A stretch of 64,000 nt of DNA, from positions 80,414,001 to 80,478,000 of the forward strand of contig OX597831.1 of NCBI GenBank assembly GCA_951406725.2, given 5' to 3'. A model generated the notes under the pieces. That model saw only the letters and a program-made list of their open reading frames with translations. It did not search any database and had not been told where the DNA came from. Shown piece by piece: positions 29,885 to 45,935 of this stretch; within the stretch, counting starts at the first letter, position 1; each line of letters starts with the position of its first letter. Position numbers and translations under genes: made by a program. This DNA is from Octopus vulgaris (lineage: Eukaryota).

Positions 29885-30290
29885 TTTTACTCTTTTACTT
29901 GTTTCAGTCATTTGACTGCGGCCATGCTGGAGCACCGCCTTTAATCGAACAACTCGGCCCCGGGACTTATTCTTTTGTAAGCCCAGTACTTATTCTATCG
30001 GTCTCTTTTGCCGAACCGCTAAGTAACGGGGACGTAAACACACCAACATCGGTTGTCAAGCAATGCTAGGGGGACAAACACAGACACACAAACACACATA
30101 CACATACATATATATATACATATATACGACAGGCTTCTTTCAGTTTCCGTCTACCAAATCCACTCACAAGGCATTGGTCGGCCCGGGGCTTATAGCAGAA
30201 GACACTTGTCCAAGATGCCAGGCAGTGGGGCTGAACCCGGAACCATGTGGTTGGTTAGCAAGCTACTTACCACACAGCCACTCCTGCGCC
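29885..30290 (-). mobile_element. SINE family A, full length
   Basis: The reverse complement has the A box (gtggctgtgtgg), B box (gggttcagccc), the CORE-like cttggacaagtgtc, an internal (TG)n and the tail gcggtgctccagcatggccgcag..ctgaaacaagtaaaagag. Confidence 0.9.
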
Positions 30291-30356
30291 TGTATACACT
30301 CATAAACATACATATACACACATACATTATACGTACACATACACACGCACCTGTAT

Positions 30357-30466
<110 letters not shown>

Positions 30467-31074
30467 GGATGCAAATACACAGCTAGACGGACAGAGACAT
30501 ATATTTGGACAAATATGCATTAAAACAAACGAATTGCTATATTTTCCCTCCCGTGTATAACGCCATTTTCTCAAACAGAAAAATATCCGTATGTAACTTT
30601 TGTCACATGCTTTTAGTAACGCAGAACAATTCATCTACAATAAAGACTGGCCTCGCATACACACACACACACGTGTGTGTGTGTGTGCGTGAGTTTTCGT
30701 TGTTCGTTTTGTTGTTTTATAAGAATATGTAAGCTATTATTCCACACGATTACGCAATAGATCTCTCAAAGAACATTCGTTGTTCTTCATTCGCTGATCG
30801 GCTGATAGGTTTACACGTCATACGTCATAAGGCGATGGTAGTTCGTGGCGTAACGTGGATAATTTATGTGGAGTCTTTGGGGGTGCGGTTTGTTCTTCTT
30901 GTTGTGGTGGTGGTGGTGGTGGTGGTGGTGGTGTTCTGGTGGTGGTGTGGTGGCGGAGGCAGCGGTGGTTGTTTTAGATTTACGTATTTCCGTAATATAG
31001 ATATAGATGTATTATAGGTAGACACGCTGACCAGAACAGATATGCGTTTCAGTGTGTGTATGTACATAGGAGTA

Positions 31075-31625
31075 TATACATACATACATATATATACATA
31101 CATACATACATACATACATACATACATACATGCATGCATACATACATACATACATACACACATACATACATACATACATACATGCATGCATGCATGCATG
31201 CATACATACATACATACATACATACATACATACATGCATGCATGCATGCATACATACATACATACATGCATGCATGCATACATACATACATACATACATA
31301 CATGCATGCATACATACATACATACATACATACATACATACATACATACATACATACATGCATGCATGCATGCATACATACATACATACATACATACATG
31401 CACATACATACATACATACATACATACATACATACATACATACATACATACATACATACATACATACATACATACATACATACATACATACATACATACA
31501 TACATACATACATACATACATACATACATACATACATGCATACATACATACATACATACATACATACATACATACATACATACATACATACATACATACA
31601 TACATACATACATACGTGCATGCAT
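31075..31625. repeat. (CATA)n/(CATG)n microsatellite
   Basis: Seen directly. Confidence 0.95.
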
Positions 31626-31739
31626 GGTCTTGGATTATTAGAGTGTTTGCAATATTGAATTGTAACGGCTATCACTTTGTTGTTCCAGCTGAACAAAGAT
31701 TTGTGAGTAGATTTGGCAGACGGAAACTGAATATACATT

Positions 31740-32107
31740 TTCACACCTACACATACATACATGCACACGTCCAGACCACCAGCCCTTTTTCACATGCACA
31801 TACATACTCTCTCATACACACACGCACCTTCGTGTTGGGGGTCATCTTTACTTTGTTATCTTGCCTACATCTTCGCTCTCCTGTGTGACCCTTCTGTCCG
31901 GTAGTCGCCATGATAGATCGGTAGCCACTACACACATTTTTTCTCTCCTTGTTTCTCTCATTGTTTTTTTTTCTGTGTCCCTTTCTGTAGAAGAGCATAG
32001 GCTCGAAACGTAAAAGACTTTTACTATTCCTGAGCGCTATACTAATACATCTGTTTGCTTTGTACACCACCTGCCTTCGTCTTTTGTTTTGTTCGCGAAA
32101 TCTCCCT
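31740..32107 (+). mobile_element. Solo Penelope-type 3' UTR/pseudo-LTR with HHR-like motif (31981-32016)
   Basis: Homologous to the terminus of the GIY-YIG element at 20446-20760. The motif is cttt-CTGTAGA-agagcataggctc-GAAACGTA-aaag. Confidence 0.75.
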
Positions 32108-32153
32108 ATATATAAATATATATATATATATATACACATATCTATATACATAT

Positions 32154-32217
<64 letters not shown>

Positions 32218-32332
32218 TGTCAATTTGAGGATATAACCTCTGTTAGGGGTGGTTCCATCCAAGTTACACTGATTTAATATATTATACTGTGAAGAGATAT
32301 CTCTTCAATAAATATATTATATCAAATATTCT

Positions 32333-32966
32333 TTTCTACTCAAGGCACAAGGCCCGAAATTTTGGGTGAGACGGCAGTCGATTATATCGACCCAGGTATG
32401 CAACTGGTATGCTAAACACAGAGGGGACAAACAAGAACAGACACACGGATTAAGTCGATTACATCGAACCCAGTGCGTAACTGGTACTTAATTTATCGAC
32501 CCCGAAAGGATGAAAGGCAAAGTCGATTCGCGGCGGAATTTGAACTCAGAACGTAAAGACAGACGAAATACCTATTTCTTTACTACCCGCAAGGGGCCAA
32601 ACACAGAGAGGACAAATAGATTAAGTCGATTATATCGACCCCAATGCGTAACTGGTACTTATTCAATCGACCCCGAAAGGATGAAGGGCAAAGTTGACCT
32701 CGGCGGATTTGAACGTTACGGCAGACGAAATACCTATTTCTTTACTACCCACAAGGGGCTAAACACAGAGGGAACAAACAAGGACATACAAACGGATTAA
32801 GTCGATTACATCGACCCCAGTGCGTACCTGGTACTTAATTCATCGACCTCGAAAGGATGAAAGGCAAAGTCGACCTCGGCGGAATTTGAACTCTGAACGT
32901 AACGTCAAACGAAATACGGTTACGCATTTCGCTCGGCGTGCTAACGTCTCTGCCAGCTCGTCGCCT
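32333..32966 (-). mobile_element. Tandem multimer of SINE family B (3-4 units)
   Basis: The Meta-like domain is repeated, and two junctions read gacgaaatac|ctatttcttt. Confidence 0.9.
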
Positions 32967-32987
32967 TATAAATATCAAATATTATTA

Positions 32988-34112
<1,125 letters not shown>

Positions 34113-34169
34113 GTAATAATAATTATAATAATAATAATAATAATATATGTATGTATACTCTTTTTTTTG

Positions 34170-34552
34170 TCTTTTAACTTGTTTCAGTCATTTGACTGCG
34201 GCCATGCTGGAGCACCGCCTTTAGTCGAGCAAATCGACCCCGGGACTTATTCTTTGTAAGCCCAGTACTTATTCTATCGGTCTCTTTTGCCGAACCGCTA
34301 ATGACGGGCACGTAAACACACCGGCATTGGTTGTCAAGCAATGCTAGGGGGACAAACAGACACACAAACATATACACACACATACATACATATATACGAC
34401 AGGCTTCTTTCAGTTTCCGTCTACCTAATCCACTCACAAGGCATTGGTCGGCCCGGGGCTATAGCAGAAGACACTTGCCCAAGATGCCACGCAGTGGGAC
34501 TGAACTCGGAACCATGTGGTTGGTAAGCAAGCTACTTACCACACAGCCACTC

Positions 34553-34553
<1 letters not shown>
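34170..34553 (-). mobile_element. SINE family A, near full length
   Basis: High similarity to 29885-30290. Confidence 0.9.
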
Positions 34554-34583
<30 letters not shown>

Positions 34584-34589
34584 GTATGC

Positions 34590-34623
<34 letters not shown>

Positions 34624-34624
34624 G

Positions 34625-34721
<97 letters not shown>

Positions 34722-35063
34722 TATGTATATATAAATAAATAAAAAATAAAACATGCATATATATATATACATATATGTACGTACCTACCTCTACATGTAT
34801 ATATACACGCATATATGAGTACAGGACACCAAAAAGACGTCGAACACAATGAGAAACGAAAACATAGACACAAACCAAAGGAACTGGACATTTTTCTTAA
34901 ACAACAACAAAAAAAAGAGAGTACAGGACAAATGACACAAGGAAAAACCCCTTCTTCAGTCGCCATGTTTTCATCTACTCTACGTTATATATATATATGT
35001 ATATGCATAAAATCATATGTATATATATATATATGCATAAAAACATATGTATATGTATATAAA

Positions 35064-35131
<68 letters not shown>

Positions 35132-35244
35132 CATACATGCATATGTGTCTGGTCTTAGATTATCAGAATCCTTGGAATACCGACGTGCTAACGTTTCTGC
35201 CAGCTCGCCGCCTTAGAATGTTGGGATTATTGGATTGAAAAGTC

Positions 35245-35560
35245 TATCAGTCGGCTACGACGTCGAGGGTTCCAGTTGATCCGATCTACGGAACAGCCTG
35301 CTTTTAAAATTAACGTGCAAGTGGCTGAGGACTCCGCAGACACGTGTGCCTTTAACGTGATTCTCAGGGAGGTTCAGCGTGATACTGTGTGTGACAAGAA
35401 CGGCTCTTGGAAATACAGGTGCTACTCTTATTTTTGGCAGCTGAGTGGACTGGGGCAACGTGAAAAAATGTTTTGGTCAAGGACACAACGCGTTGCCGAG
35501 AATTGAAATCAAGACCTTGCCATCGTAAGCCGGATACACTGACTCCTAAGCCACGCCTTC
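35245..35560 (-). mobile_element. SINE family C (tRNA head, RTE-like tail)
   Basis: The reverse complement starts aaggcgtggcttaggagtc, contains gcgttgtgtccttgacc and ends ccctcgacgtcgtagccgac. It is homologous to 46890-47157. Confidence 0.75.
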
Positions 35561-36116
35561 ACATTGTGTCTGTGTGTCTGTATACGTGCGTGAATTTGTG
35601 TGTGTTAGCGTGTGTGTGCGCGCACGTCTTTGTGTCTGTGTTTGTCCCACCGGTGTTGGTGTGTGTCTAAGTCACCGCAACCTGGCGGTTTGGCAAAGTG
35701 CCAGGCTTTTTAAGAAAAAACAATTCCTACGGTCGATTCGTTCCATTTAAATTATTCAAGGCAGTGCTGCCGCATGGCCACAGCCTAATGCCCAAAAGAA
35801 ATAATAGATGAACGATAAATAAGCCAGCGTCAAATGAATAACGCCCGAATTCAGTGGCGCCAAATCGGCTGCGCCCGAAGTGCGCCATTTGCTTTGTCTC
35901 CTGTTGGCCATTTCCTTCACTTTAAATAGGTTATTGATTCCTTTATAAGCACCTCATTTTGTTCCACTTTGTTAGTTCCAGCATTGTTCGTCATTTATTC
36001 TATTTTATTGCCGTCAGTCTATTTTTTTTTATTCCTTTTTTGTGATGTTTCGTTTACGTTGCTTTATTACCACTTTTTATTAGCTGTTTCAAATATGATA
36101 TTATATATATATATAT

Positions 36117-36211
<95 letters not shown>

Positions 36212-36322
36212 CATACATATACATAAATATATGTATATACGTATATATATATATAGATACATATATAATATGCATAATATACATATATACATATACATAT
36301 GCATATGTATATATATATATAC

Positions 36323-36377
<55 letters not shown>

Positions 36378-36401
36378 TATATGTACTTACATATATGTAT
36401 A

Positions 36402-36452
<51 letters not shown>

Positions 36453-36690
36453 AAGATTATGAGACAGACAGACAGACAGACAGGCAGACAGAGATAAAAA
36501 TCCGAGCTGCATCCTCATGAAATGTATTTCACATGTATAAAACCGATTGTAATTAAAGACAATGCCTTAATTTCCAATCATTGAATTAATTCATACATGT
36601 TCATATATATATATATATATATGTATTTATATTTATGTATTTATATTTATATTTATATATATATATATATATATATAGGCGCAGGAGTGG

Positions 36691-37376
36691 CTTTTCTCAG
36701 ACGAGAAAAATTTCTGCCAGGATCAGATGGTAAACACACAGAATAACAGTTCACTTGTATTGTCCCCAAAACATGTACCGAGAGTGATAAGAAGTAAACA
36801 TCCAATCAACATCATGGTGTTCGGAGTGAACACTAATGGTGGTGACGTTATGTCTCCATTCATCTTCCCACACGGCCTCAGACTCAACACGGAGTCCTAC
36901 ATCAAGTGACTGGAAGAGGTAGTGCTGCTCTGGGTCAAGAGGGAGGCTACTGGAAGACTCTGTGTCTGGCAACAGGACTCTGCATTAAGCCACACAAGCA
37001 GGAGAACCCAGTCGTGGCTGTCAAACAATTTCTACAATCACATCACTCCTAAGATCTGGCCACCGAACTCCCTAGACTGCAAGCCCCTTGATTATTGTGT
37101 GTGGGATGCAGGTGTGTGAGACCAACAAAACTCCTTGTAACACAAAAGATGAACTGAACGCTGCATTTGCCAACTCAAACAAGGAGACTGTCCAGAAGAG
37201 TTGCAGGAGATTCCAAAGTCGTCTGGAGGCCGTGATTGAAACCAATGGCGATTTTATTGAATAAATTTACTCTTTAGTATTCCAGGATATTATTATGCAA
37301 TTTTGGTAAATATATCTGTTAAAGTGTTATTTTCATTTTTGCGTAATTTAGACAACAATTTATTCACCGCACCCTG
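36691..37376 (+). mobile_element. Tc1/mariner DD37D (maT-type) transposon, 3' half with right TIR
   Basis: Translation FSDEKNF..MVFG..WQQDSA.SHT..WPPNSLDCKPLDY has 37 residues between the second and third D, with in-frame stops. The end ttattcaccgcaccctg is followed by TA. Confidence 0.88.
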
Positions 37377-37579
37377 TATAACACAGATGGGTGAGGTTCA
37401 CTACAGCTGTTTCAGACATGTTCTTTATTGATGAAAGAAACAATTACATCATGTAACAAAACCATTTTCTTCAGGTGAATTAAAAGATTTAACATTCAGG
37501 ATTTTTCACACAAATAGCATATAATGTGTATTGTCCCTCTCATCTCGGTTAGAGAGAGAGAGACATAGACAGAGAAATA

Positions 37580-38148
37580 TTGGGTCATCCGGAAAGTTTG
37601 TGCCGATTTTTAAAGGAAAGAAAAAGGTCAATAAATACTTGCCATTACATTTTTAATCAACCAAATATGAACCATTTTGTTGCACAATGCGTCTCCATCT
37701 TTCCTTTAACTTGAAAATACTTGCCAGAATTGAGGTGGCTTCATGGCAAAGAATTCATCAAGGTATTTTTTTACGTCATACAAGGAATTGAAATTTTTAC
37801 CATTAAGACTATTCTGCAGAGACCTGAATAAGTGGAAATCCGAAGGAGCAATATCTAGTGAATATGGAGGATGGGGTAACATCCCAGTCGAGCTGCAGCA
37901 ATTTTTGTCTGGTTCCCAAAGCATCAAGTGCCGAAAATTAACTTTATCTTCCATTTTAAAAGGTTACAGAATTAACACAGGTTATAGGAACATAAACCGG
38001 AACATAAACCTTCTTCTACGAAAAGATAGCTTAAACTTTGCTCTAAATGGAGGTGTAGTGAAATCCTATTTTATGGACTCAACCATGTTCTAAAATAAGT
38101 CAAAATGTAAGCTAGTATAAATCGGCACAAACTTTCCGGACAACCCAA
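37580..38148 (-). mobile_element. Internally deleted mariner element with both TIRs
   Basis: ~30-bp TIRs ttgggtcatccggaaagtttgtgccgattt and aaatcggcacaaactttccggacaacccaa, with TA on the left. ORF 37706-37954 fuses an N-terminus (MEDKVNFRHLML) to the HPPYSLDIAPSDFHLF motif. Confidence 0.92.
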
Positions 38149-38719
38149 CAGAAAGGAAGACAGAAAAACGTTTTACATTGTCAATAACATTTCCCCTTTT
38201 CCCTATCCAATGATAGGGAAAATAGCCTATGACCCTTATTTAAGGCGGTTTGCAGTTAAAAAGAACATAAAACTCATGGACTGTCTTTTATAAGTTCAGC
38301 TTATAAGAAACAGCAGACAATTCTCCCTCATATAACATCACCATTATCTTAAAACAGGATTGTCTGTGACTACTTCAGATAATCCAGTCATAGGCACACC
38401 CCAAAATACAGGATGGTTACGGATGGACTGCCGTTGATCGTAGGCATCCTCTACTTTGGCGTAGCTAGTATCCAGGAATCAGAAACTGAAGAGATCCAGT
38501 AACCATTTTCTTCTTTATAATTTAATAGGTTTGTTTGTTTGTTTGTTTCTGAGATTCCCTGTTTGGTAAATAAACAAGGAATTTCTCAGTCTTTCGTTTT
38601 TGTTTTTCGATGGCGCAAAACTTTATGTTAATCCGGTTTTCTGGGAGCGGTTTGAAAATATGTCCGTTTCCCCCTAAAATACAGTGGCAACAATAACAAC
38701 TACAACAAACGAAATATGA

Positions 38720-39541
38720 AAAGAGAGAAAAAGAGAGCAATGGGGGAGTGGGTGACAAGAAGAAGAGGAGGTGAAAGAGAAGAGGAGCCAAAGAGAAAAG
38801 GAGGCGAAAGAGGAGGAGGGAGAAGTAGAAGAAGAAGAAGAGGAGGAGGAGGAGGGGGGGAGGAAGAAGAAGAAGGAGGAGGAGGAGAAGAAGGAGGGAG
38901 AAGAAGCAGATGATGATGATGAAGAAGAAGAAGAAAGGAGGAGGAGGAGAAGAAGGAGGGAGAAGAAGCAGATGATGATGATGAAGAAGAAGAAGAAAGG
39001 AGGAGGAGGAGGAGGAGGAGAAGGATGGGAGGAGAAGGAGGAAGAAGAAATGAGGAGGAGAGAGAGGAGGAAGAGAGAAAAAAGGGAGAGGGAAAGAGAG
39101 GAAGAAAAGAAAGAGGAGGGGGAAAGAGGAGAAGGTGGAGGGAGAGGTAATGGTGGTTGAAGGAGGAAGAGCGGGAAGGAAAGAAGGTGAAGGAATGAGG
39201 GGCAGGGGAAGGGAAGAGGATGAGGGGTAGCGGGAAGCAGAGGGGAAGAAGAATTAGGAGAGAGAAAGAAGGCGAAGAAGAAGGAGGAGGAGGAGGATGA
39301 AGAGGAGGAAGAGGGGTGTGTAAATCTCATGCAGTGTTATTATTAGAAAAGGAAAAGAAACAAAATATGTAAAAAAAATTGAAAATAAACCAAAAAGTAA
39401 AAGAAAGATTGGAAATGAAGAAGAGTGAGAAGGAGAGAGGGGGAGGAGGAAAGGGGAGGAGGAAAGGGGAGGAGGAGAAAGAAGGGGAGAAGGAGGAAGG
39501 AAATAGAGAAGAAGGGAAGAAAACCAGAGGAACAAAAGATA

Positions 39542-39587
<46 letters not shown>

Positions 39588-39625
39588 ACAGAAAGAATGA
39601 AAGACAGAAGGAAAGAAAGAGAGAA
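38720..39625. repeat. Polypurine (GGA/GAA/GA)n low-complexity tract
   Basis: Seen directly. A similar tract lies at 45240-45935. Confidence 0.9.
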
Positions 39626-39764
39626 AACGACAGCAGGAACGAGTTAGAAACTAATATATATATATATGTATATACACGCACACACACATACACACATGTG
39701 TATGAACATACATACATACATACATACATACATACATACATACATACATACATACATACATACA

Positions 39765-39798
<34 letters not shown>

Positions 39799-40114
39799 CA
39801 CACGCGCACACACACACATATGTGTATGAACATGTGTATATAAATAGATATATATATATACACACACATAGATATACATATATGTATGCATATAAAAATG
39901 CTCACACCCACACGTGTGTGTGTGTGTGTGTGTGTGATCGCGCGTGTGTGTTGTTGTGTGTAAAACCAGGAGTATCTTAGACGTGTAGGAACGAATACAA
40001 TTATGAATCCTTCTCCTGTTACTCTTCCAAAAACAAAAGAAAAAGAAAAAGAAATATTATTATTAAAGACTAAATTGGCCCCTTTCTGAATATTTAATTA
40101 CTCTTCCCCCACTT

Positions 40115-40158
<44 letters not shown>

Positions 40159-40497
40159 GCTCACGTTCTCTCACTCTCTCTCGGTGATGCTTTCGCTCCG
40201 GTGCGAACACAAAACCTTTGCACTCCTACCGTCGCCCTCCCGTTGCTTGTTATAAGGTCACACGGAGTACTTACAGATGTCTGACAACTGACTCCTCCAC
40301 TGGCAAAGCGAGATTCCTCTCTTCTCATCTGATCTGCTTTGCCCGTCTTGTCAAACATAATTCCCCCTAACCCCTCACTGCAGAACACACACACACACAC
40401 AAACATATGTATATGCTAGCATATATATATATACCCACACACAAAGATATGTATATGCTAGCACACACACACACACACAGATATAACTATTCACACT

Positions 40498-40577
<80 letters not shown>

Positions 40578-41078
40578 ATATATATATATATATATGTTTT
40601 ATATCGACATATATATATATACATGTATACACAAGGTTAACATATATTATTAAATACATATTTACTTAGATATGTCAGTGTGTATATATACATGAATATA
40701 AATATGTGTGTGTGCGTGTATGTATTATACATGTATGAATATTTAAACATATACATATATACATATATATATACACATATATAATATATATATATATATG
40801 TATGCTTTTCCCCACCTACCTACCTACCTACCTCTCTCAACCTCTCTCTCTTTCTCCCCCCTTCCTTTTCTATTTATCTATTTCTGTTTTTAGAGAGGGA
40901 GAGAGAGAGAGACGGGGGGAGTGGCGTATTCAGTGTCGTAAAGTATGGAGGGAGATTGGCTCTAAGCGAGGATGCATCTGTGGCAAACCGTGTTGCTTGT
41001 ATTGGTGCTGGGTTATTTAATCGTGATTGGTGTAGACATTGCTCATAGACTACCAAGGAAACGGCATACGTACGCACG

Positions 41079-41111
<33 letters not shown>

Positions 41112-41283
41112 GTGTGTGTGTGTATGTATACACAAAGTCAAAGAGACAGGCAGGTAGATAATAAGATACGTTTATTTAGTTGGTTGCACAAACAGGAATG
41201 CAAATATTAAATGTATATTTTATGTGTGTATGCGTGTGCGTCTACGTGTGTGTGTGTGTGCGTGTTTGTTTGTCTGAGACTAC

Positions 41284-41325
<42 letters not shown>

Positions 41326-41629
41326 ATATGCATATATATATATAAATATGCATATATTTATATATATATATATGTATATGTATATGTATATACAAGATAC
41401 ATACACACATACACACACACATACACATAGACACACACACACACACATACATATACACACACGCACACACACACATACACACATTCCCGCGCACACAACA
41501 CGCATAATGGCGGAATGCGAATGTATGAAAGAATTCATAAGTGAAATAGTCCGGTATTTACAATTGTTTGTGTGCGTGCGGGCGTGTATGCGTGTGTGTG
41601 TGTGTGTATGTGAGTGAGTGTGTGTATTC

Positions 41630-41794
41630 TTTTATTCTTTTATTTGAGTGTGGCCATGCTGGAGCACCGCCTTTAGTCGAACAAATCAAACCCAGGACAT
41701 ATTCATTGTAACCCTAGTACTTATTCTATTGGTTCTCTTGTGCCGAACCGTTTAGTTACGGGGACGTAAACACACCAGCATCAGTTGTGGGGGA

Positions 41795-41877
<83 letters not shown>

Positions 41878-42193
41878 TTATTTCTGTGTTCCTTTCTGTT
41901 TAGGAGCGTAGGCTCGAAACGTAAAAGACTTTCTCTCTTCCCGAGTGTTAAACTAACACATCTGATTGTTGTTTACACCACCTATCTTCGTCTTTTGTTG
42001 TTTTTTTTTGTGTGCGTGAATTTTCCCTATATATATACGATGGTCTTCTTTCAGTTTCCGTCTACCAACTCCACTCACAAGGCTTTGGTTGGCCCGAGGC
42101 TATAGTAGAAGACACTTGCCCAAGATGCCAAACACTGGGACTGAACCCGGAAACGTGTGGTTGGGAAGCAAGCTACTTACGACACAGCCACTC

Positions 42194-42195
<2 letters not shown>
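41630..42195 (-). mobile_element. SINE family A with a Penelope pLTR fragment (41880-42030, + strand) in its internal microsatellite
   Basis: The two SINE halves flank a segment homologous to 31970-32107. Confidence 0.8.
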
Positions 42196-42249
<54 letters not shown>

Positions 42250-42408
42250 TTCTCTTTCTCTCAATATATATAAACACGCATGCTCATATACATATCTATT
42301 GCGCTTTATTGTAGTGCGTTTCATGTTGTTGCTGCTGCAGCGACAACTGTTTTTCGCCTTGTAAGATTTAGTGGCGATTATTAGCATTATATGAAAGTAA
42401 AATAACCC

Positions 42409-42469
<61 letters not shown>

Positions 42470-42646
42470 CAGTATATATGTGTCCTGCAAATAACACATT
42501 ATGTGTGTATGTATGTATGAATATTAAAATATCTGTAAATGTTTATATACATATATAAATATATATACGTGTGTGTGTGTTTGCTTGTGTGCGTGTAAGT
42601 ATATATGTATGTATATACATACATTAAACATACATATGTATAAGTT

Positions 42647-42683
<37 letters not shown>

Positions 42684-42871
42684 ATATAATTATACATATA
42701 CATATGTATAATTATATATATATATATATATATATAAAGAGAGAGAGAAAGAGAAGAGCGAGACCTATACGTTTGTATGTATGTGCATGTATGCATTATG
42801 CATATATGTCTGTATATGCCCTGCATACATATATGCGAATATATATACACATATATATGTATGTATATATA

Positions 42872-43425
<554 letters not shown>

Positions 43426-43429
43426 TATC

Positions 43430-44650
43430 ACACAGCATCTCCCATCTTCCTAACAATTCCAACAGCATAGAACTGCATTATACAACACAGACCGCAGTGG
43501 CAAAGGATGACACCAAATGCATCTTCTGCAATGAACAACCAGAACTGCAACAGTAAAAATGTCTTAGCAACAAGAACAACTTCTACTTCAGGTACAATGT
43601 CGGACGCAGCAGGAAAATGAAACTGCATTATAAAACTGCAACGACACCAGTAACACAAACTGCAGCGACAAAAATAACACCAAATGCAAAACTATGTGAT
43701 GAACAAGCAGCTAGAAGTGCAATTGCTTATAAATCTCAACAAAGACAACTTCTTTAGCAAGTACGACAAAAGAAGCAACAACAACAACAGTATAAAGTGC
43801 ATCAAAAATACAAGAACTGCACCAGCTGTACAAAAGGCATCAACAAAAATGACACCAACTGCAAGCGTGATATAAACGACTAGAATTGCACTTCTAACAA
43901 AATCTTAGCAACATGAGGTACTTATATATATAAGTACCTTTCTGCAAGTACAATCTCACAAGCGGCAAAAACAAAAAAAATGTCTTATAGAACTACATAA
44001 AAATACAAGAAATTCACCACCAACACAAAGAGCAACGGCAAAAATTAAAACTGCAATTGCACAAGCAATGCAGTTACTGCACCAACAACACAAATTGCAA
44101 CAACAGAAATAGCAACTGCAGTGAAAACTGCAATTGCACAAGCGACGAAGTCCCTGCAACAACAAAAATAGAAACTAGAATAAAACTGCAATTGCACAAG
44201 CAATGTAGTCACTGCACCAACACCACAAACATGTCACCAAATGCAACTATGTCATAAACAACGAGAAGTGCACCTGTAACAAAGTCTTAACAACAAGAAT
44301 AAATTCTACGACAAGTACGTCAGAAGTAGCAGCAACAAAAAAAACTGCATCAAAAAGTGCATCAACTGCAACTTCTCTAAAGACAGCTTATCTGTGCAGA
44401 TGCAGCAAAAGGACAACTGCAAAAACTGCACCAACAACGGCAATGATATCTGCTGCAACATAAGGAAAAAAGAACATAAAACTGTAATGAGAAGAACAAC
44501 AAATGCAAGTGCAACTGCAGCAAAGACACCACCAGCACCACCACGCCAACAACAACAACAATTGCAACAACAACAATAATTGCAGCAACAACAACAACAA
44601 ATTGCAGCAACAACAACAATCGCAACAACAAGAATTACAACAACAATTTG
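43430..44650. repeat. Degenerate A/C-rich minisatellite (~170-bp period) grading into (CAA)n
   Basis: A caccaaatgca-like motif recurs at ~43511, ~43679, ~43853 and ~44235. The motif aaactgcaattgcacaagc occurs three times between 44048 and 44200. Confidence 0.6.
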
Positions 44651-45860
44651 AGAAGTCAAGATGGGTGACAGCTAGAAGAATGGTATTATCAAGGATTATC
44701 TCAAATCTCCTGTAAGGATGGTAACAAGATTAACCAATGAAAACACATTGATCTGTGTAAATACTGACAACATTGCGATGGTATGATGGCGGCGACGGCG
44801 GTGGCGGTGGCGGTGGTGGCGGCGACGGCGGTGGCGATGGTGGTGGAGGTGGTGGAGGCGATGGTCGTGGCGGTGGTGGTGGCGGTGGTGGAGGCGATGA
44901 CGGTGGCGGTGGTGGTGACGGCGGCGGCGGTGGCACCGACTATGATGAAGTGGCGTTATTTTTTGCTGTTGGTGGTGGTGGTGGTGGTGGTGGTGGTGGT
45001 GGTGGCGGTGGTTCACCAGGTAGCAATGGTAGCGGTAGAGAAGGTAATAAGGGTAGTGGAGTCTGTGGGAGTGGTAGTTGTGGTGGTGACAGTGGTAATG
45101 ATTATAGTGACATTCATTGTGGGGGTGGGGCGGTTATAGGGGTGGCGGCGGCGGTTGTTGGGGTGATGGTGGTGGTGGTAGTGTGGAGAAAATAAAGATC
45201 GAAGAAAAAAGATGGGGTAGTGATAAAAAAAAGAAACAAACAAAAGAAAAGAAAGCGAATGGAGGTGGGAGGTAAGGGTGGAAGGGGTTAAGATGTCAGT
45301 GGGTGGGAGTAGAAGAGGAAAGAGAGAGAAAGAGGGAGAAGAAGAAGAAAATGAGAAGAGGGAAGGTGTAATGAAGGATAAAAGGAATGAAGTTTGAAAT
45401 ATGAAGGGGAAATATGAAGGAGAAAGAGAAAAAGATGACCAAGGAGAGAGAGGAAGGAAGGAAGGAAGGAAAGAAGAAAGGGAGAAGGAGAAGATAAGGA
45501 GAGAGGGAGAGGCGGAAGAAGAAGACGAAGAAAAGTGGGTAAAAGGAAAAGATGACGACGAGGAGAAGAATGGAGAAAGGAGGAGGAGGAGGAGGAAGAG
45601 TAAGAGGAGGAGGTAGAATAGGAGTGGTGTGAAGGGAGAAATGGGACATGCCAGAAGGAAGGGACAATAAGGAGGATGAGGGAAGAATTGAAGAAAAAGA
45701 AGGAGGAGGAGGAGGAGAAGAAGAAGAAGAAGAAGAAGAAGAAGAAGAAGAAGAAGAAGAAGAAGAAGAAGAAAGGAGGAGAAGGAAGGGAAGGAAAATG
45801 AGGCGAGAAGAAGGAGGAGATAAGGTGAAGGAGAAGGAACACGAGGGGAGGAGGAGGAGG

Positions 45861-45935
<75 letters not shown>

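Noticed and set aside
32400-32900. CRISPR-like repeat-spacer pattern
   Set aside because: The units are SINE bodies with homologous rather than unique spacers, the context is eukaryotic and there are no cas genes.
38200-38500. Possible additional dispersed repeat
   Set aside because: There is only one copy in the window and no diagnostic termini, so it cannot be supported here.
44773-45195. Gly-rich or Pro-rich structural protein ORFs (also 60096-60419 and 61064-61687)
   Set aside because: These are (GGT/GGC)n tracts open in several frames on both strands, with no splice or signal-peptide support.
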